NCBI GenBank assembly: GCA_041661625.1
Contig: JBAZUB010000001.1
Coordinates: forward strand, 523,504-587,503
Direction of reading: 5' to 3'
DNA from: Patescibacteria group bacterium
GTDB lineage: Bacteria; Patescibacteriota; Patescibacteriia; JAHIZJ01
DNA: 64,000 nucleotides
Position 1 is the stretch's first letter; each line of letters begins with the position of its first letter. This document shows positions 28,932-39,319 of the stretch, one piece after another. The notes beneath the pieces are model-generated. The model was not told the DNA's origin. It worked only from the letters and a program-made list of their open reading frames with translations, and ran no database searches. The position numbers and the translations under genes are program-made.

Positions 28932-29489
28932 ATGAACAACTTTGGCACAAACATGATCACTTGGTACGTCATCTTTCCGGTTCTACTGATCGGGCTGGCG
29001 GGCATCATTTGGTTTATCTTCAAAATGAGTGTATCGCCCTGGAAACGAGTGGGTATCACCGCGATTAGTATCTTTGCGTTTTTCGGATTCACCGTAGCCG
29101 TGTTGGGAGTCTATTATCAATTTAACAAACCGTTCGCCGCTGCATTCAAGACCTATTCTTATTCCGCTTTGGCACCTGACTATGCCTTGTCCGCCTACCA
29201 TCCAACAAACAACGACCCGTTCCAACTACCCGAAAGAGGGTATGGACCCATGCTGGCCACTCTTGAAGTATACAAAGAAAACGGACAGACAAAGATATTG
29301 CGCATTCCGAGAAATAACACCAAATGGAGTGGTTATATATACACTCCCGGAAAGTGGTCAATCGTGGATATCGAAAATGACGTGATGACTATTGCGAAGG
29401 ATTCTGATTCAAAACCCCTTGTTACTCATACCTCACTTTGGTGGGCATTGACGAAAGACGTCTATAGTATGAATGCGTCTACCCAATAA
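28932..29489 (+). CDS. hypothetical membrane protein (3 TM N-terminal, soluble C-terminal domain)
   Basis: Hydrophobic N-terminus ITWYVIFPVLLIGLAGIIWFIF...; no homology recognised. Confidence 0.45.
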   Translation: MNNFGTNMITWYVIFPVLLIGLAGIIWFIFKMSVSPWKRVGITAISIFAFFGFTVAVLGVYYQFNKPFAAAFKTYSYSALAPDYALSAYHPTNNDPFQLPERGYGPMLATLEVYKENGQTKILRIPRNNTKWSGYIYTPGKWSIVDIENDVMTIAKDSDSKPLVTHTSLWWALTKDVYSMNASTQ

Positions 29490-29521
29490 ACTCTAGACTG
29501 GTTTGTATACCAGCTGTCCGA

Positions 29522-29556
29522 AACGACCTAGCGAGAAACACCGGGTCGTTTTGTAT
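29522..29556 (+). terminator. rho-independent terminator
   Basis: acgacc-loop-ggtcgt followed by tttg. Confidence 0.45.
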
Positions 29557-29605
29557 CCATCATTATTGAATAGCTTGGGTATTCGTTTTAGTATGGAAGT
29601 CTGAT

Positions 29606-29666
29606 TCTGGTAGCCGCCGTGCGCGGGATCTTCTTTTACCGCCGGTACGGTCTGGGTGCTGAATGG
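29606..29666 (+). pseudogene. remnant of the 3' end of a paralogous MFS transporter gene
   Basis: Translates to VAAVRGIFFYRRYGLGAEW; the MFS gene at 26867-28195 ends AAVWGIFFYRRYGLGAE*. ~75% nt identity over ~55 nt. Confidence 0.4.
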
Positions 29667-29714
29667 GCTGTATTTTAAACATTTTGGCGCCTGTTAATCT
29701 ATACCGAGCATCGC

Positions 29715-29743
29715 TTGACAGCCTTTTGGAAATACCTTATAGT
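29715..29743 (+). promoter_or_regulatory. sigma70-type promoter upstream of the 16S rRNA gene
   Basis: TTGACA -17 nt- TATAGT, ~370 nt upstream of 16S; a second weaker TTGACA lies at 29973. Confidence 0.5.
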
Positions 29744-30114
29744 ACTAGTGCTACAGAAAAGTCGGGGTTTTCAAACAAAACCGTTTAGTATTAACCGGGG
29801 AGACAACATTTGACCCAAGGTTAACCACCATCAGTTCCTTTGACCGCTCGGAGAAAAAACAGGGGTATCAAATCATATTGGGTATCACTGTTTTTTCTTC
29901 GCCCTACGCCAAGGCTACGGGCGACACTGTCCCCCGTACTTTTTGCGAAGTGCTACCGAAGAAAAAATGCACGTTGACAACCGAAAAGTGATAAGAAAGG
30001 CTTCAATCAATTCAATTCCGTCTCCTCAACCGCTTCTCACGAACGGTTTGAGCGAGACAACAAGAAATAATAGAGCTTCATTCCTTAAACGGAATGACAC
30101 TCTCTCATTCTAAT

Positions 30115-31727
<1,613 letters not shown>

Positions 31728-31947
31728 AGGGAGAAAAGTCAGTACCGACGCGCAAGCGCCTGGTACTGACCAACCCCGTTACCTCGGTGGGTAACGGACC
31801 CTATAAAAGGGTCGATGCATGGATCATCTTCGGATGATACATGTCACTGCCTTTCTTATCACCTTTCGGAATGTCAACCCCCGTCAGTCGCGACTGACGA
31901 GGTTAACAAACCTAGTACCCCCGTGGTACTGGGCAACAAACAACATT

Positions 31948-31972
31948 CCCGTTTCAACAACGGGTTTTTTGT
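31948..31972 (+). terminator. rho-independent terminator after the 16S gene and structured spacer
   Basis: cccgtt-tcaac-aacggg followed by ttttttg; the spacer 31728-31947 is hairpin-rich but contains no tRNA or 23S. Confidence 0.5.
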
Positions 31973-32070
31973 TATTACAGTGGCTATTGACAATCTGCCT
32001 CTTTTCCTGTATTATTCCCTATTCACGAAATCGACTTGGGTTGCCCGAACGATAGAGGAGGGTTCCGGCC

Positions 32071-33078
32071 ATGTCCAAGATACTGGTGGTTTCGGATGTT
32101 CATTTGATCAGTCATGTGGAGTCACTTTCGACTCAACAGTTACGGCTTCAATTCATGCCATGGCTGCTGCAGCGGCGCTGGATACCGCTGTGGCTGGTGC
32201 GCTGGATTGTCGCCAAGCTGCGGCAGACCAGCGTCGCCGCGATGGAGAAGCTGGTGTCCGTGGTCGGGCCTTACAAGTTCGACTCGGTTATTACGGTAGG
32301 TGACACCATCCACGGTGTCGAGGAGCGTGGCGGCCACGGTCTCGCCGGACGCGCGGTGATGGCGGAATTGCTTAGCTATCTACCCAGGCTAGCCAAGCGA
32401 GTCCTCTTCCAAGTACCTTCCGAACACGAATTGGGGTACTGGGATGGAGTTGATTATTTCCCTCATGTGAAGTGGTGGCCTTTTCGTTTCATTGTCTGGT
32501 TGATCCGCCTGCTTATCGGCCACCCTCATCCCTTCCCCCGGCTAACCTGGAATAGCCTGGTACCGAGACCCGGGCTAATCCTACAGCGTGAAATCGGGGG
32601 ACGGTACGATCCCGATGCGATCACGCAATGGCTCGAGCGAGTCGGACCGCTCTGGGGTAGCACCGTGGTCGAAGGCTGGACGTTTGTCTGGCTCGACTGC
32701 GACCTCATCCGCTGGCGGGAGAAGTTTTACAGGCTGAATAATTCCTACTACCTCGACCTAATGCGCCGCCAGGATGAGTTCCTGCAGCAGGTGCTCATGG
32801 ACGCGCCGATCGGTCGAGTGGTTCTATTCACCCATCGGGTGAGCGTGATGATCGACCCGGTACTGCGGCGGTTCTGGTACACCATTCACGCGGTCACATT
32901 CGGTGACGCGCACTTTGCGGCCCAAGCACGGCGCGATGTGGCCGCGCTTGGATTGATTCCGTTCAAAACATGGTTTATCCCGGCCGCCTGGGGCTTCCAA
33001 TGCGGCATCGGCCATCCCGGCTATGCCACCATCAACGTCACCCCAGAGGCGGTGACGTTCACCTCCACGACGATATAA
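32071..33078 (+). CDS. calcineurin-like metallophosphoesterase family protein
   Basis: MSKILVVSDVHL (D-x-H) and VITVGDTIHG (GDxxxG) motifs; ~58% GC. Confidence 0.5.
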   Translation: MSKILVVSDVHLISHVESLSTQQLRLQFMPWLLQRRWIPLWLVRWIVAKLRQTSVAAMEKLVSVVGPYKFDSVITVGDTIHGVEERGGHGLAGRAVMAELLSYLPRLAKRVLFQVPSEHELGYWDGVDYFPHVKWWPFRFIVWLIRLLIGHPHPFPRLTWNSLVPRPGLILQREIGGRYDPDAITQWLERVGPLWGSTVVEGWTFVWLDCDLIRWREKFYRLNNSYYLDLMRRQDEFLQQVLMDAPIGRVVLFTHRVSVMIDPVLRRFWYTIHAVTFGDAHFAAQARRDVAALGLIPFKTWFIPAAWGFQCGIGHPGYATINVTPEAVTFTSTTI

Positions 33079-33141
33079 CCCACATTCCCCTGACTGACGG
33101 CTCTGCTGCGGTTGGGGGTTTCTTTTTTTACCATGATAATA

Positions 33142-33576
33142 TTACGGTCTCGCGATCAAGCGACTATACGCACAGTTCATAAATACTAACGAACCAAGTA
33201 GCGGTATGTAAGCAAACAAAACATAATAATCAGCCGCGAAAATAAATACTGATAGTATTAAAAATATGGCGACTGATAATTTTATTATCAGATATGCTTG
33301 AGTCAACCGATACATGCGCCAGATACCTATTACGGCTAGCGTGTTTAAGACGACCAGGCTAAGAAATAAGATGGAGCCTACCAAAGAATATATTCGATCA
33401 TTCAATAACCCATCAACTGAAATCGGTGCCACATTTTTTGATAAGTGACGAATGAAGTATGGCATGGCCATTGCTACCATCCCCAAACCTGCAATCTGTA
33501 ATATTAACAAAATCCGCCAGGTGAGTCGGCGCCTGGGAAACTTATCGAAATAGTCCCGTCTTTCGTTTCTTTTCAT
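33142..33576 (-). CDS. small integral membrane protein (4 TM)
   Basis: Hydropathy; 144 aa. Confidence 0.4.
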   Translation of the reverse strand: MKRNERRDYFDKFPRRRLTWRILLILQIAGLGMVAMAMPYFIRHLSKNVAPISVDGLLNDRIYSLVGSILFLSLVVLNTLAVIGIWRMYRLTQAYLIIKLSVAIFLILSVFIFAADYYVLFAYIPLLGSLVFMNCAYSRLIARP

Positions 33577-33718
33577 TATGGCAATAAACTAGAATGTGTT
33601 CTATTATCATGAAATAGCTAACCCGGACAATACCGACCCTTGTCAAATATACTATTTTCTGCTAAATTGTGATAGTCACTAAATGGCTTTTTTCAAATAT
33701 ATTATTAATTCGGGCGAT

Positions 33719-33790
33719 TAGTCCCGATGTCCCGTTGCGGGAATCGGGATCCCGATCGATTACGAAGTAATCGCATCGGGACTCAGGTCG
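33719..33790 (+). repeat. tRNA-Ile 5'-end fragment (gggcgattag...ctcaggt) interrupted by a ~58-bp palindromic mini-element (TIR tcccgatg/catcggga; core atcgggatcccgat)
   Basis: gggcgattag + tcccgatgtcccgttgcgggaatcgggatcccgatcgattacgaagtaatcgcatcggga + ctcaggt. A related element lies at 57346-57400. Confidence 0.45.
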
Positions 33791-33833
33791 TGAGGCGGCG
33801 TAAGAAAGGATCATTAAATAATTGAAATTGTAA

Positions 33834-33869
33834 GGGCGATTAGCTCAGGTGGTTAGAGCGCGTCACTGA
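33834..33869 (+). pseudogene. exact copy of the 5' half of tRNA-Ile(GAT), nt 1-35, ending within the anticodon
   Basis: gggcgattagctcaggtggttagagcgcgtcactga is identical to the 5' 36 nt of the intact gene at 33929. Confidence 0.7.
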
Positions 33870-33928
33870 CCCGCCTGCCGAAGTAGGGAGAACATTGCCA
33901 GATAAATAGCTGAATTCGCTACCCTCAT

Positions 33929-34005
33929 GGGCGATTAGCTCAGGTGGTTAGAGCGCGTCACTGATAATGACGAGGTCCCAGGTTCGAGTCCTGGATCGCC
34001 CACCA
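33929..34005 (+). tRNA. tRNA-Ile (anticodon GAU), CCA encoded
   Basis: Cloverleaf: acceptor gggcgat/atcgccc, D-arm gctcaggtggttagagc, anticodon arm cgtca-ctGATaa-tgacg, T-arm ccagg-ttcgagt-cctgg, discriminator A, CCA. Confidence 0.9.
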
Positions 34006-34045
34006 GAGCGAAGCAGTTATTTATAGCGTTCGTACGGCGGGCAGG

Positions 34046-34086
34046 TAATGACGAGGTCCCAGGTTCGAGTCCTGGATCGCCCACCA
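34046..34086 (+). pseudogene. exact copy of the 3' half of tRNA-Ile(GAT), nt 36-76 incl. CCA
   Basis: taatgacgaggtcccaggttcgagtcctggatcgcccacca is identical to the 3' 41 nt of the intact gene; together with 33834-33869 it reconstitutes a full tRNA. Confidence 0.7.
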
Positions 34087-34108
34087 GCCTACGCCAAGGC
34101 TTCGTCTG

Positions 34109-34240
34109 GCGGGGCCATGTCTAGGTAGCTCAGCTGGGCCACGCAAAGCGGGGCGGGCAGAAGCGAACAAGCCCGCAGGGCGCCGTAAGCATCGACTGCT
34201 CAGAGCAGTAGCAGGTGCTGCCCCGGAAGAGCGAAGGAAA
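34109..34240 (+). pseudogene. degenerate tRNA-Phe-like D-arm fragments flanking a GC-rich structured insert
   Basis: gtctaGGTAGCTCAGCTGG ... ccggaaGAGCGAAGG resemble nt 5-19 and 22-30 of the downstream tRNA-Phe. Confidence 0.3.
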
Positions 34241-34266
34241 ATTATTTTAAAAAGTACTGACAATAA

Positions 34267-34342
34267 GCCGAGGTAGCTCAGCTGGTAGAGCGAAGGACTG
34301 AAAATCCTTGCGTCGCCGGTTCGATTCCGGCCCTCGGCACCA
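34267..34342 (+). tRNA. tRNA-Phe (anticodon GAA), CCA encoded
   Basis: gccgagg-ta-gctcagctggtagagc-g-aagga-ctGAAaa-tcctt-gcgtc-gccggttcgattccggc-cctcggc-a-cca. Confidence 0.9.
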
Positions 34343-34393
34343 GAGTTTTTTTGAATGAACCCAAAGTATAAGCGATCGTTGGTAGTATGATAA

Positions 34394-34470
34394 CGGGGTG
34401 TGGCGCAGTTGGCTAGCGCGCCTGCTTTGGGAGCAGGAGGTCGAGGGTTCAAGTCCCTCCACCCCGACCA
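34394..34470 (+). tRNA. tRNA-Pro (anticodon UGG), CCA encoded
   Basis: cggggtg...cctgc-ttTGGga-gcagg...gagggttcaagtccctc-caccccg-a-cca. Confidence 0.85.
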
Positions 34471-34482
34471 GCTGTATATACT

Positions 34483-34592
34483 ACCGGTCAGCGCAGTTGG
34501 ACTTGGAAACAGGAAGTCGAGGGTTTCCGCCCAAGGCGGACCACGAACCCGCTGTGGCTCGCGGCAAGTCCCTCCACCACGACCAGCTGTAT
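34483..34592 (+). pseudogene. degenerate tRNA-Pro-like copy with 40-nt insertion in the T-arm, bounded by direct repeat accagctgtatatact
   Basis: gtcgagggtt[tccgcccaaggcggaccacgaacccgctgtggctcgcgg]caagtccctccaccacgacca; the 16-nt direct repeat is also found at the 3' end of tRNA-Pro (34467-34482). Confidence 0.45.
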
Positions 34593-34713
34593 ATACTCCC
34601 GGTTAAGGCAGTCAGACGGGATCAGGCGGTCATAGTAGATTACGTTTTATTATACCTCACTACAATTGAAATGTGGAGTGTTGTAATTTTCAAGCAAAAC
34701 AGTTTGCCAGCCT

Positions 34714-35880
34714 ATGTCAACGATGATAGCATTATCGTATATGGCTCCATCGGCTGAACTTAAAACACAATTAGTATCCCTACTTCCAGTTTGGACAATC
34801 TGTTTACTGATGTTTTTTGGGTTGTGCGCCGGCGTTTATTTATTCCAGGCAAAACCAACGACTAACGCACTCCCGACGGACATAGCCAACGAACCAACTA
34901 CCCCAAACAATCCCACCAAACCACTGCCCGCCATTGAATCCAAGCGTGAACTGACTTTTTTCGCGGTTGGTGACATTATGCTATCTCGAACTGTGTCGGA
35001 TAAAATACGTAAATATGGTTTTAATTATCCGTTCGCTAAAACAAACGAATATCTCAATTCAGCTGATTTTGCTTTTGGTAATCTGGAAACGTCGATTACG
35101 GCTGGTCCCAACATTACTGCCGGCATGATGAGTTTTCGCGCTGATCCCGGCGTGGAGAATGCTTTGAAGCGGGCTAACTTCCAGGTCGTTTCATTGGCCA
35201 ACAATCACACTCCAAACTTTGGCCAGAATGGTCTTTTGGATACATTCAGCTATTTGAAAAAGGCCGGTATTTCTTATGCCGGAGCCGGATCCAACAGTAT
35301 CGAAGCGCATCAACCGGCTATCATCGAACGTAACGGGATTAAATTAGCCTTCCTGGCCTACAACGATACCGATGTGGTTCCTGCCTCCTACGGTGCTAGT
35401 GCCAACCGAGCCGGTACCGCCCTAATGAATATTACCGAACTAAAAAAAGATATCGCCGCCATTAAGCCGACGGTCGACTTTGTGATTGTCTCAATGCATA
35501 GTGGTACGGAATATACTTCCGCACCAAATAATCGACAAACCGATTTCGCCCATGCCGCTATCGATGCCGGCACGGAATTGGTGATCGGCCATCATCCGCA
35601 TGTAGTTCAAACGATCGAAACATACAAAGACAAATTGATTATGTACAGCCTGGGTAATTTTGTGTTTGACCAGATGTGGTCGGAAGATACCCGCCATGGT
35701 GTAACCGCAAAAATAATTGTCGACGAAGATGGCGTTGAACAAGCCGCGTTCTCACCAATTATTATTGATGATTACTCCCAACCTCGTCCGGCTGCACCCG
35801 GTGAAGCATCGGCTATACTAAAACGGCTAGACGCAAATCATCCCCCAACCGCGATTGAATTATGGGAGCCAAAACGGTAA
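34714..35880 (+). CDS. CapA/PgsA-family (poly-gamma-glutamate capsule biosynthesis-like) metallophosphatase
   Basis: N-terminal TM, VGDIMLSRTV and LANNHT motifs, and GHHPHV typical of CapA family. Confidence 0.65.
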   Translation: MSTMIALSYMAPSAELKTQLVSLLPVWTICLLMFFGLCAGVYLFQAKPTTNALPTDIANEPTTPNNPTKPLPAIESKRELTFFAVGDIMLSRTVSDKIRKYGFNYPFAKTNEYLNSADFAFGNLETSITAGPNITAGMMSFRADPGVENALKRANFQVVSLANNHTPNFGQNGLLDTFSYLKKAGISYAGAGSNSIEAHQPAIIERNGIKLAFLAYNDTDVVPASYGASANRAGTALMNITELKKDIAAIKPTVDFVIVSMHSGTEYTSAPNNRQTDFAHAAIDAGTELVIGHHPHVVQTIETYKDKLIMYSLGNFVFDQMWSEDTRHGVTAKIIVDEDGVEQAAFSPIIIDDYSQPRPAAPGEASAILKRLDANHPPTAIELWEPKR

Positions 35881-35925
35881 ATCAACCCAACTGTTAATTG
35901 ACTTCTTTCGTGCCAGCAATTCTCT

Positions 35926-35954
35926 TTGACAAAACGTCGTTTTTCAGCTATAAT
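35926..35954 (+). promoter_or_regulatory. consensus sigma70-type promoter for adhesin-like gene A
   Basis: TTGACA -17 nt- TATAAT. Confidence 0.55.
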
Positions 35955-36011
35955 TACCTTATTGACTAAGGAATAATTGCCACAAAGATAGTACAGAGTG
36001 ATAAAATATTC

Positions 36012-37631
36012 ATGTTATCAAACGATACCAAACCAAAAAGAGACAACGTGACGCGTTGTTTTTTTATTGTCGATCGTAAACCAAATAGTTTACTTTTGTA
36101 TGCAGTCACTGTTGTGATGATCGGTTTTGTATTTATTTTAACTAACCGTCCCACGCCAGCCAAAGCCGATACGACTCCTGTAATTGACTATGCTCCTAGT
36201 GCCATACAGAACGGTCAGATTGTAACCATTAACGGAACTGGGTTTGGAGTAAAAAGCCCGGTCGAACCCCTACGTTATGACGACTTCCAAGACGGGACGA
36301 TCGGACAACGTATAAATGATCAGGCCAGTGGCGGATGGTTTACACAAGCATTCGTGCACTACCCGTACTATTCAACCGAGTCACAACGCGTTATGGGCGA
36401 CGTCGTTGCTACCCAGCATTATGACGTAACCGACTACAACCAAAATATAGGTTTGCAAGAAATAAACCCGCCCTATAAGCACATGTACACTAGCATGTAC
36501 ATCCACCGGGACGACATCAGCGGTGATGCCAAATACAGCACCAATGTAAAGCTTTGGAGCAGGTTCGAAGCCGATGCGGGTGATTATATTTACCTTCCTC
36601 AAGCCCGCTGTGAGTCCCAACCCAGCAATGGACAGGGCCTCATGGTCGGATACGACCGCAATCAGATTGCCTCATGCAGTACCTGGTATGATATGTCACC
36701 CTGGTGGGAAAACGAGTTCTCGGGTTGGGTGCGTTCGGAAAGATACATTGATGCGGGGACTATAAATGGCAACGATTGGGTGCAGTGGTTTCGTGAAGAT
36801 TTACAGACCGTATCAGAAACGGGTCCTGGATGCGGTAGTCTTTTAGTGACTCCCCTCGATCTTAGTATGCTATATATCGGCAACTATTGGCGAGCTGAAA
36901 ACGCTCAGCAGGAGTCTAAAACATATACCAGCGAACTTTATGTGGACACCACCCAAGCCCGTGTCGAGATCGGCAATACCTCAACCTGGGATACGAACAC
37001 TCATCGTGAGATTCAAATACCCCACACCACTTGGAATGACGACCAGATTCAATTCACCGTCAACCAAGGCACTTTCACCGACGGTGAGTCGGCCTACCTC
37101 TATGTGGTAGATGAGAATGGAGTGGTAAATACCACCGGTTATCCAATTACTTTCGGGGGTATCGCCTCAAATATTCCCCCGGTTTTAGCCAGCATTGGTA
37201 ATAAGTCTCTTCATGAACAAGAGACCCTGACGATCAACGTGTTAGCTTCAGACGATGATCCGGAAGATACGCTGACTCTGTCAGCTTCCAATCTTCCTAC
37301 CGGCGCTACTTTTACAGATAATGATGGTGGATCGGGTGCCTTCTCTTGGACACCGACCGATCAACAGGCCAATATATATTCTAACATACACTTCGAAGTC
37401 ACGGACGGAACCGACACGGATACCGAAGATATTACTATTACCGTATTGGATGGAGCGGCTGACTGTACTCCGGCCTGGGATTGTTCGAATTGGTCTGTTT
37501 GCGCTGATTCGATTCAAACCCGATCCTGCCATGATGACAACAATTGCGGTTCCGATGCCGGACGGCCGGTGGAATCGGCCGAGTGCGACAGTACGGCACC
37601 GGGGGCGGCGGTAGATTTGGTGGCTAGTTAA
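36012..37631 (+). CDS. secreted adhesin-like protein A: signal/TM, IPT/TIG domain, variable middle, cadherin-like (putative Ig) domain, Cys-rich TSP1-like C-terminal module
   Basis: VTINGTGFG (IPT); ...LASDDDPEDTLTLSASNLPTGATFTDNDGGSGAFSWTPTDQQANIYSNIHFEVTDG (dystroglycan-type cadherin-like); CTPAWDCSNWSVCADSIQTRSCHDDNNCG. Confidence 0.7.
   Translation: MLSNDTKPKRDNVTRCFFIVDRKPNSLLLYAVTVVMIGFVFILTNRPTPAKADTTPVIDYAPSAIQNGQIVTINGTGFGVKSPVEPLRYDDFQDGTIGQRINDQASGGWFTQAFVHYPYYSTESQRVMGDVVATQHYDVTDYNQNIGLQEINPPYKHMYTSMYIHRDDISGDAKYSTNVKLWSRFEADAGDYIYLPQARCESQPSNGQGLMVGYDRNQIASCSTWYDMSPWWENEFSGWVRSERYIDAGTINGNDWVQWFREDLQTVSETGPGCGSLLVTPLDLSMLYIGNYWRAENAQQESKTYTSELYVDTTQARVEIGNTSTWDTNTHREIQIPHTTWNDDQIQFTVNQGTFTDGESAYLYVVDENGVVNTTGYPITFGGIASNIPPVLASIGNKSLHEQETLTINVLASDDDPEDTLTLSASNLPTGATFTDNDGGSGAFSWTPTDQQANIYSNIHFEVTDGTDTDTEDITITVLDGAADCTPAWDCSNWSVCADSIQTRSCHDDNNCGSDAGRPVESAECDSTAPGAAVDLVAS
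36951..37603 (+). repeat. copy 1 of ~653-bp segmental duplication (3' 500 bp 100% identical to copy 2)
   Basis: Direct comparison with 38500-39151: ~10 substitutions in the first 150 bp, none thereafter. Confidence 0.85.
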
Positions 37632-37634
37632 AAT

Positions 37635-39173
37635 ATGTCGAGCTTAAACCATAAAAACATCTTAAGAATATTAACACTGATATTTTCTATTGTCGGTAGT
37701 GTTTTTGTTTTGTTTAATTTTCCAACACGGGCTAAGGCGGATACGACTCCTGAAATAATCTTTATGCCTAGTACCATACAGAACGGTCAGAGCGTGACGA
37801 TTAATGGAAGTGGGTTTGGGATAAAATATCCGGTTGAACCAACAAAATGGGATACATTTGACGTTGGTTTAAACGAGGCCCTCCTAGGCTCTACCCAGCC
37901 TGAGTGGATAGCGTTTCAGCAAGGCGGGGCTAAATATGATAGCACATATTATCATAGTGGCCCTTTTTCAGTCGGTAATAAGCTCACCCCAGAATCACAG
38001 TGGGCAACAAATTATTTTCAATTCACACCCACGGATAACATATTCGTTTCTTATTGGTGGCGCACCGCTTACACTGATATCGACGACTATGGCATTACAA
38101 AACTAACCAGAATAACATCAAGCCCAGCCGCAGGTGGAGAAGGTATTTATGACGGGGTCGGCACAACAGCTCTGACCAATATGAATCCACGGTATAATTC
38201 AATACCGTATCTGTTTTATCAAAACACTAGCAGTCCCGTTGCGCCACCATTAGCCGAACTTACCGTTCCTTATAACGAATGGGCGCGAATCGACACCCAC
38301 ACCAAACGTTCGACGGCTGGAGTTTCCGATGGTTCTGTTATGACGGAATGCGTCGGCCATGACATTCATGCGCTGATATCGCAAGAGAACTGCTCAATCG
38401 GATATGACTATCATTGGGACACAGTATTACTTGGTCTGATGGCGGCAAATGTCGCTGGATATTATGAACTGTACTTAGATGACATCTATATTGACACTAC
38501 CCAAGCCCGTGTCGAGATCGGCAATACCTCAACCTGGGATACGAATACCCATCGTGAGATCCAAATACCCCACACCACCTGGAATGACGACCAGATTCAA
38601 TTCACCGTCAACCAAGGTACCTTCACTAATGGTGAGTCGGCCTATCTCTATGTGGTAGATGAGAATGGAGTGGTAAATACCACCGGTTATCCAATTACTT
38701 TCGGGGGTATCGCCTCAAATATTCCCCCGGTTTTAGCCAGCATTGGTAATAAGTCTCTTCATGAACAAGAGACCCTGACGATCAACGTGTTAGCTTCAGA
38801 CGATGATCCGGAAGATACGCTGACTCTGTCAGCTTCCAATCTTCCTACCGGCGCTACTTTTACAGATAATGATGGTGGATCGGGTGCCTTCTCTTGGACA
38901 CCGACCGATCAACAGGCCAATATATATTCTAACATACACTTCGAAGTCACGGACGGAACCGACACGGATACCGAAGATATTACTATTACCGTATTGGATG
39001 GAGCGGCTGACTGTACTCCGGCCTGGGATTGTTCGAATTGGTCTGTTTGCGCTGATTCGATTCAAACCCGATCCTGCCATGATGACAACAATTGCGGTTC
39101 CGATGCCGGACGGCCGGTGGAATCGGCCGAGTGCGACAGTACGGCACCGGGTATTGTATCCGACCTCCGATAA
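37635..39173 (+). CDS. secreted adhesin-like protein B (paralog of A; same IPT N-terminus and identical cadherin-like + Cys-rich C-terminus, different middle)
   Basis: Starts 4 nt after the A stop; the C-terminal 220 aa are identical to A except D->N. Confidence 0.7.
   Translation: MSSLNHKNILRILTLIFSIVGSVFVLFNFPTRAKADTTPEIIFMPSTIQNGQSVTINGSGFGIKYPVEPTKWDTFDVGLNEALLGSTQPEWIAFQQGGAKYDSTYYHSGPFSVGNKLTPESQWATNYFQFTPTDNIFVSYWWRTAYTDIDDYGITKLTRITSSPAAGGEGIYDGVGTTALTNMNPRYNSIPYLFYQNTSSPVAPPLAELTVPYNEWARIDTHTKRSTAGVSDGSVMTECVGHDIHALISQENCSIGYDYHWDTVLLGLMAANVAGYYELYLDDIYIDTTQARVEIGNTSTWDTNTHREIQIPHTTWNDDQIQFTVNQGTFTNGESAYLYVVDENGVVNTTGYPITFGGIASNIPPVLASIGNKSLHEQETLTINVLASDDDPEDTLTLSASNLPTGATFTDNDGGSGAFSWTPTDQQANIYSNIHFEVTDGTDTDTEDITITVLDGAADCTPAWDCSNWSVCADSIQTRSCHDDNNCGSDAGRPVESAECDSTAPGIVSDLR
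38500..39151 (+). repeat. copy 2 of ~653-bp segmental duplication
   Basis: See copy 1. Confidence 0.85.
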
Positions 39174-39319
39174 AGCAGTTATAAATTACATTAAATCAAT
39201 CTGGGCATATTTTACCGATGGGGCTATTTAAGGTACAATGTTTAACCATCAGGACTACGATAAGATAATCATATAGTACCCAACTATCGAAACATGGAGC
39301 CAAACAACAAACGAATTCA

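Noticed and set aside
36951-39151. Diversity-generating retroelement (DGR) template/variable repeat pair linked to the RT at 23690
   Set aside because: The differences between the two copies are a mix of C/T and G/A transitions, not adenine-specific, and are confined to the 5' 150 bp while the 3' 500 bp are identical. The RT has QGxxxSP rather than the DGR-type SQ motif. No Avd or TR lies next to the RT, and the repeats are 12 kb away. Gene conversion between paralogs fits better.
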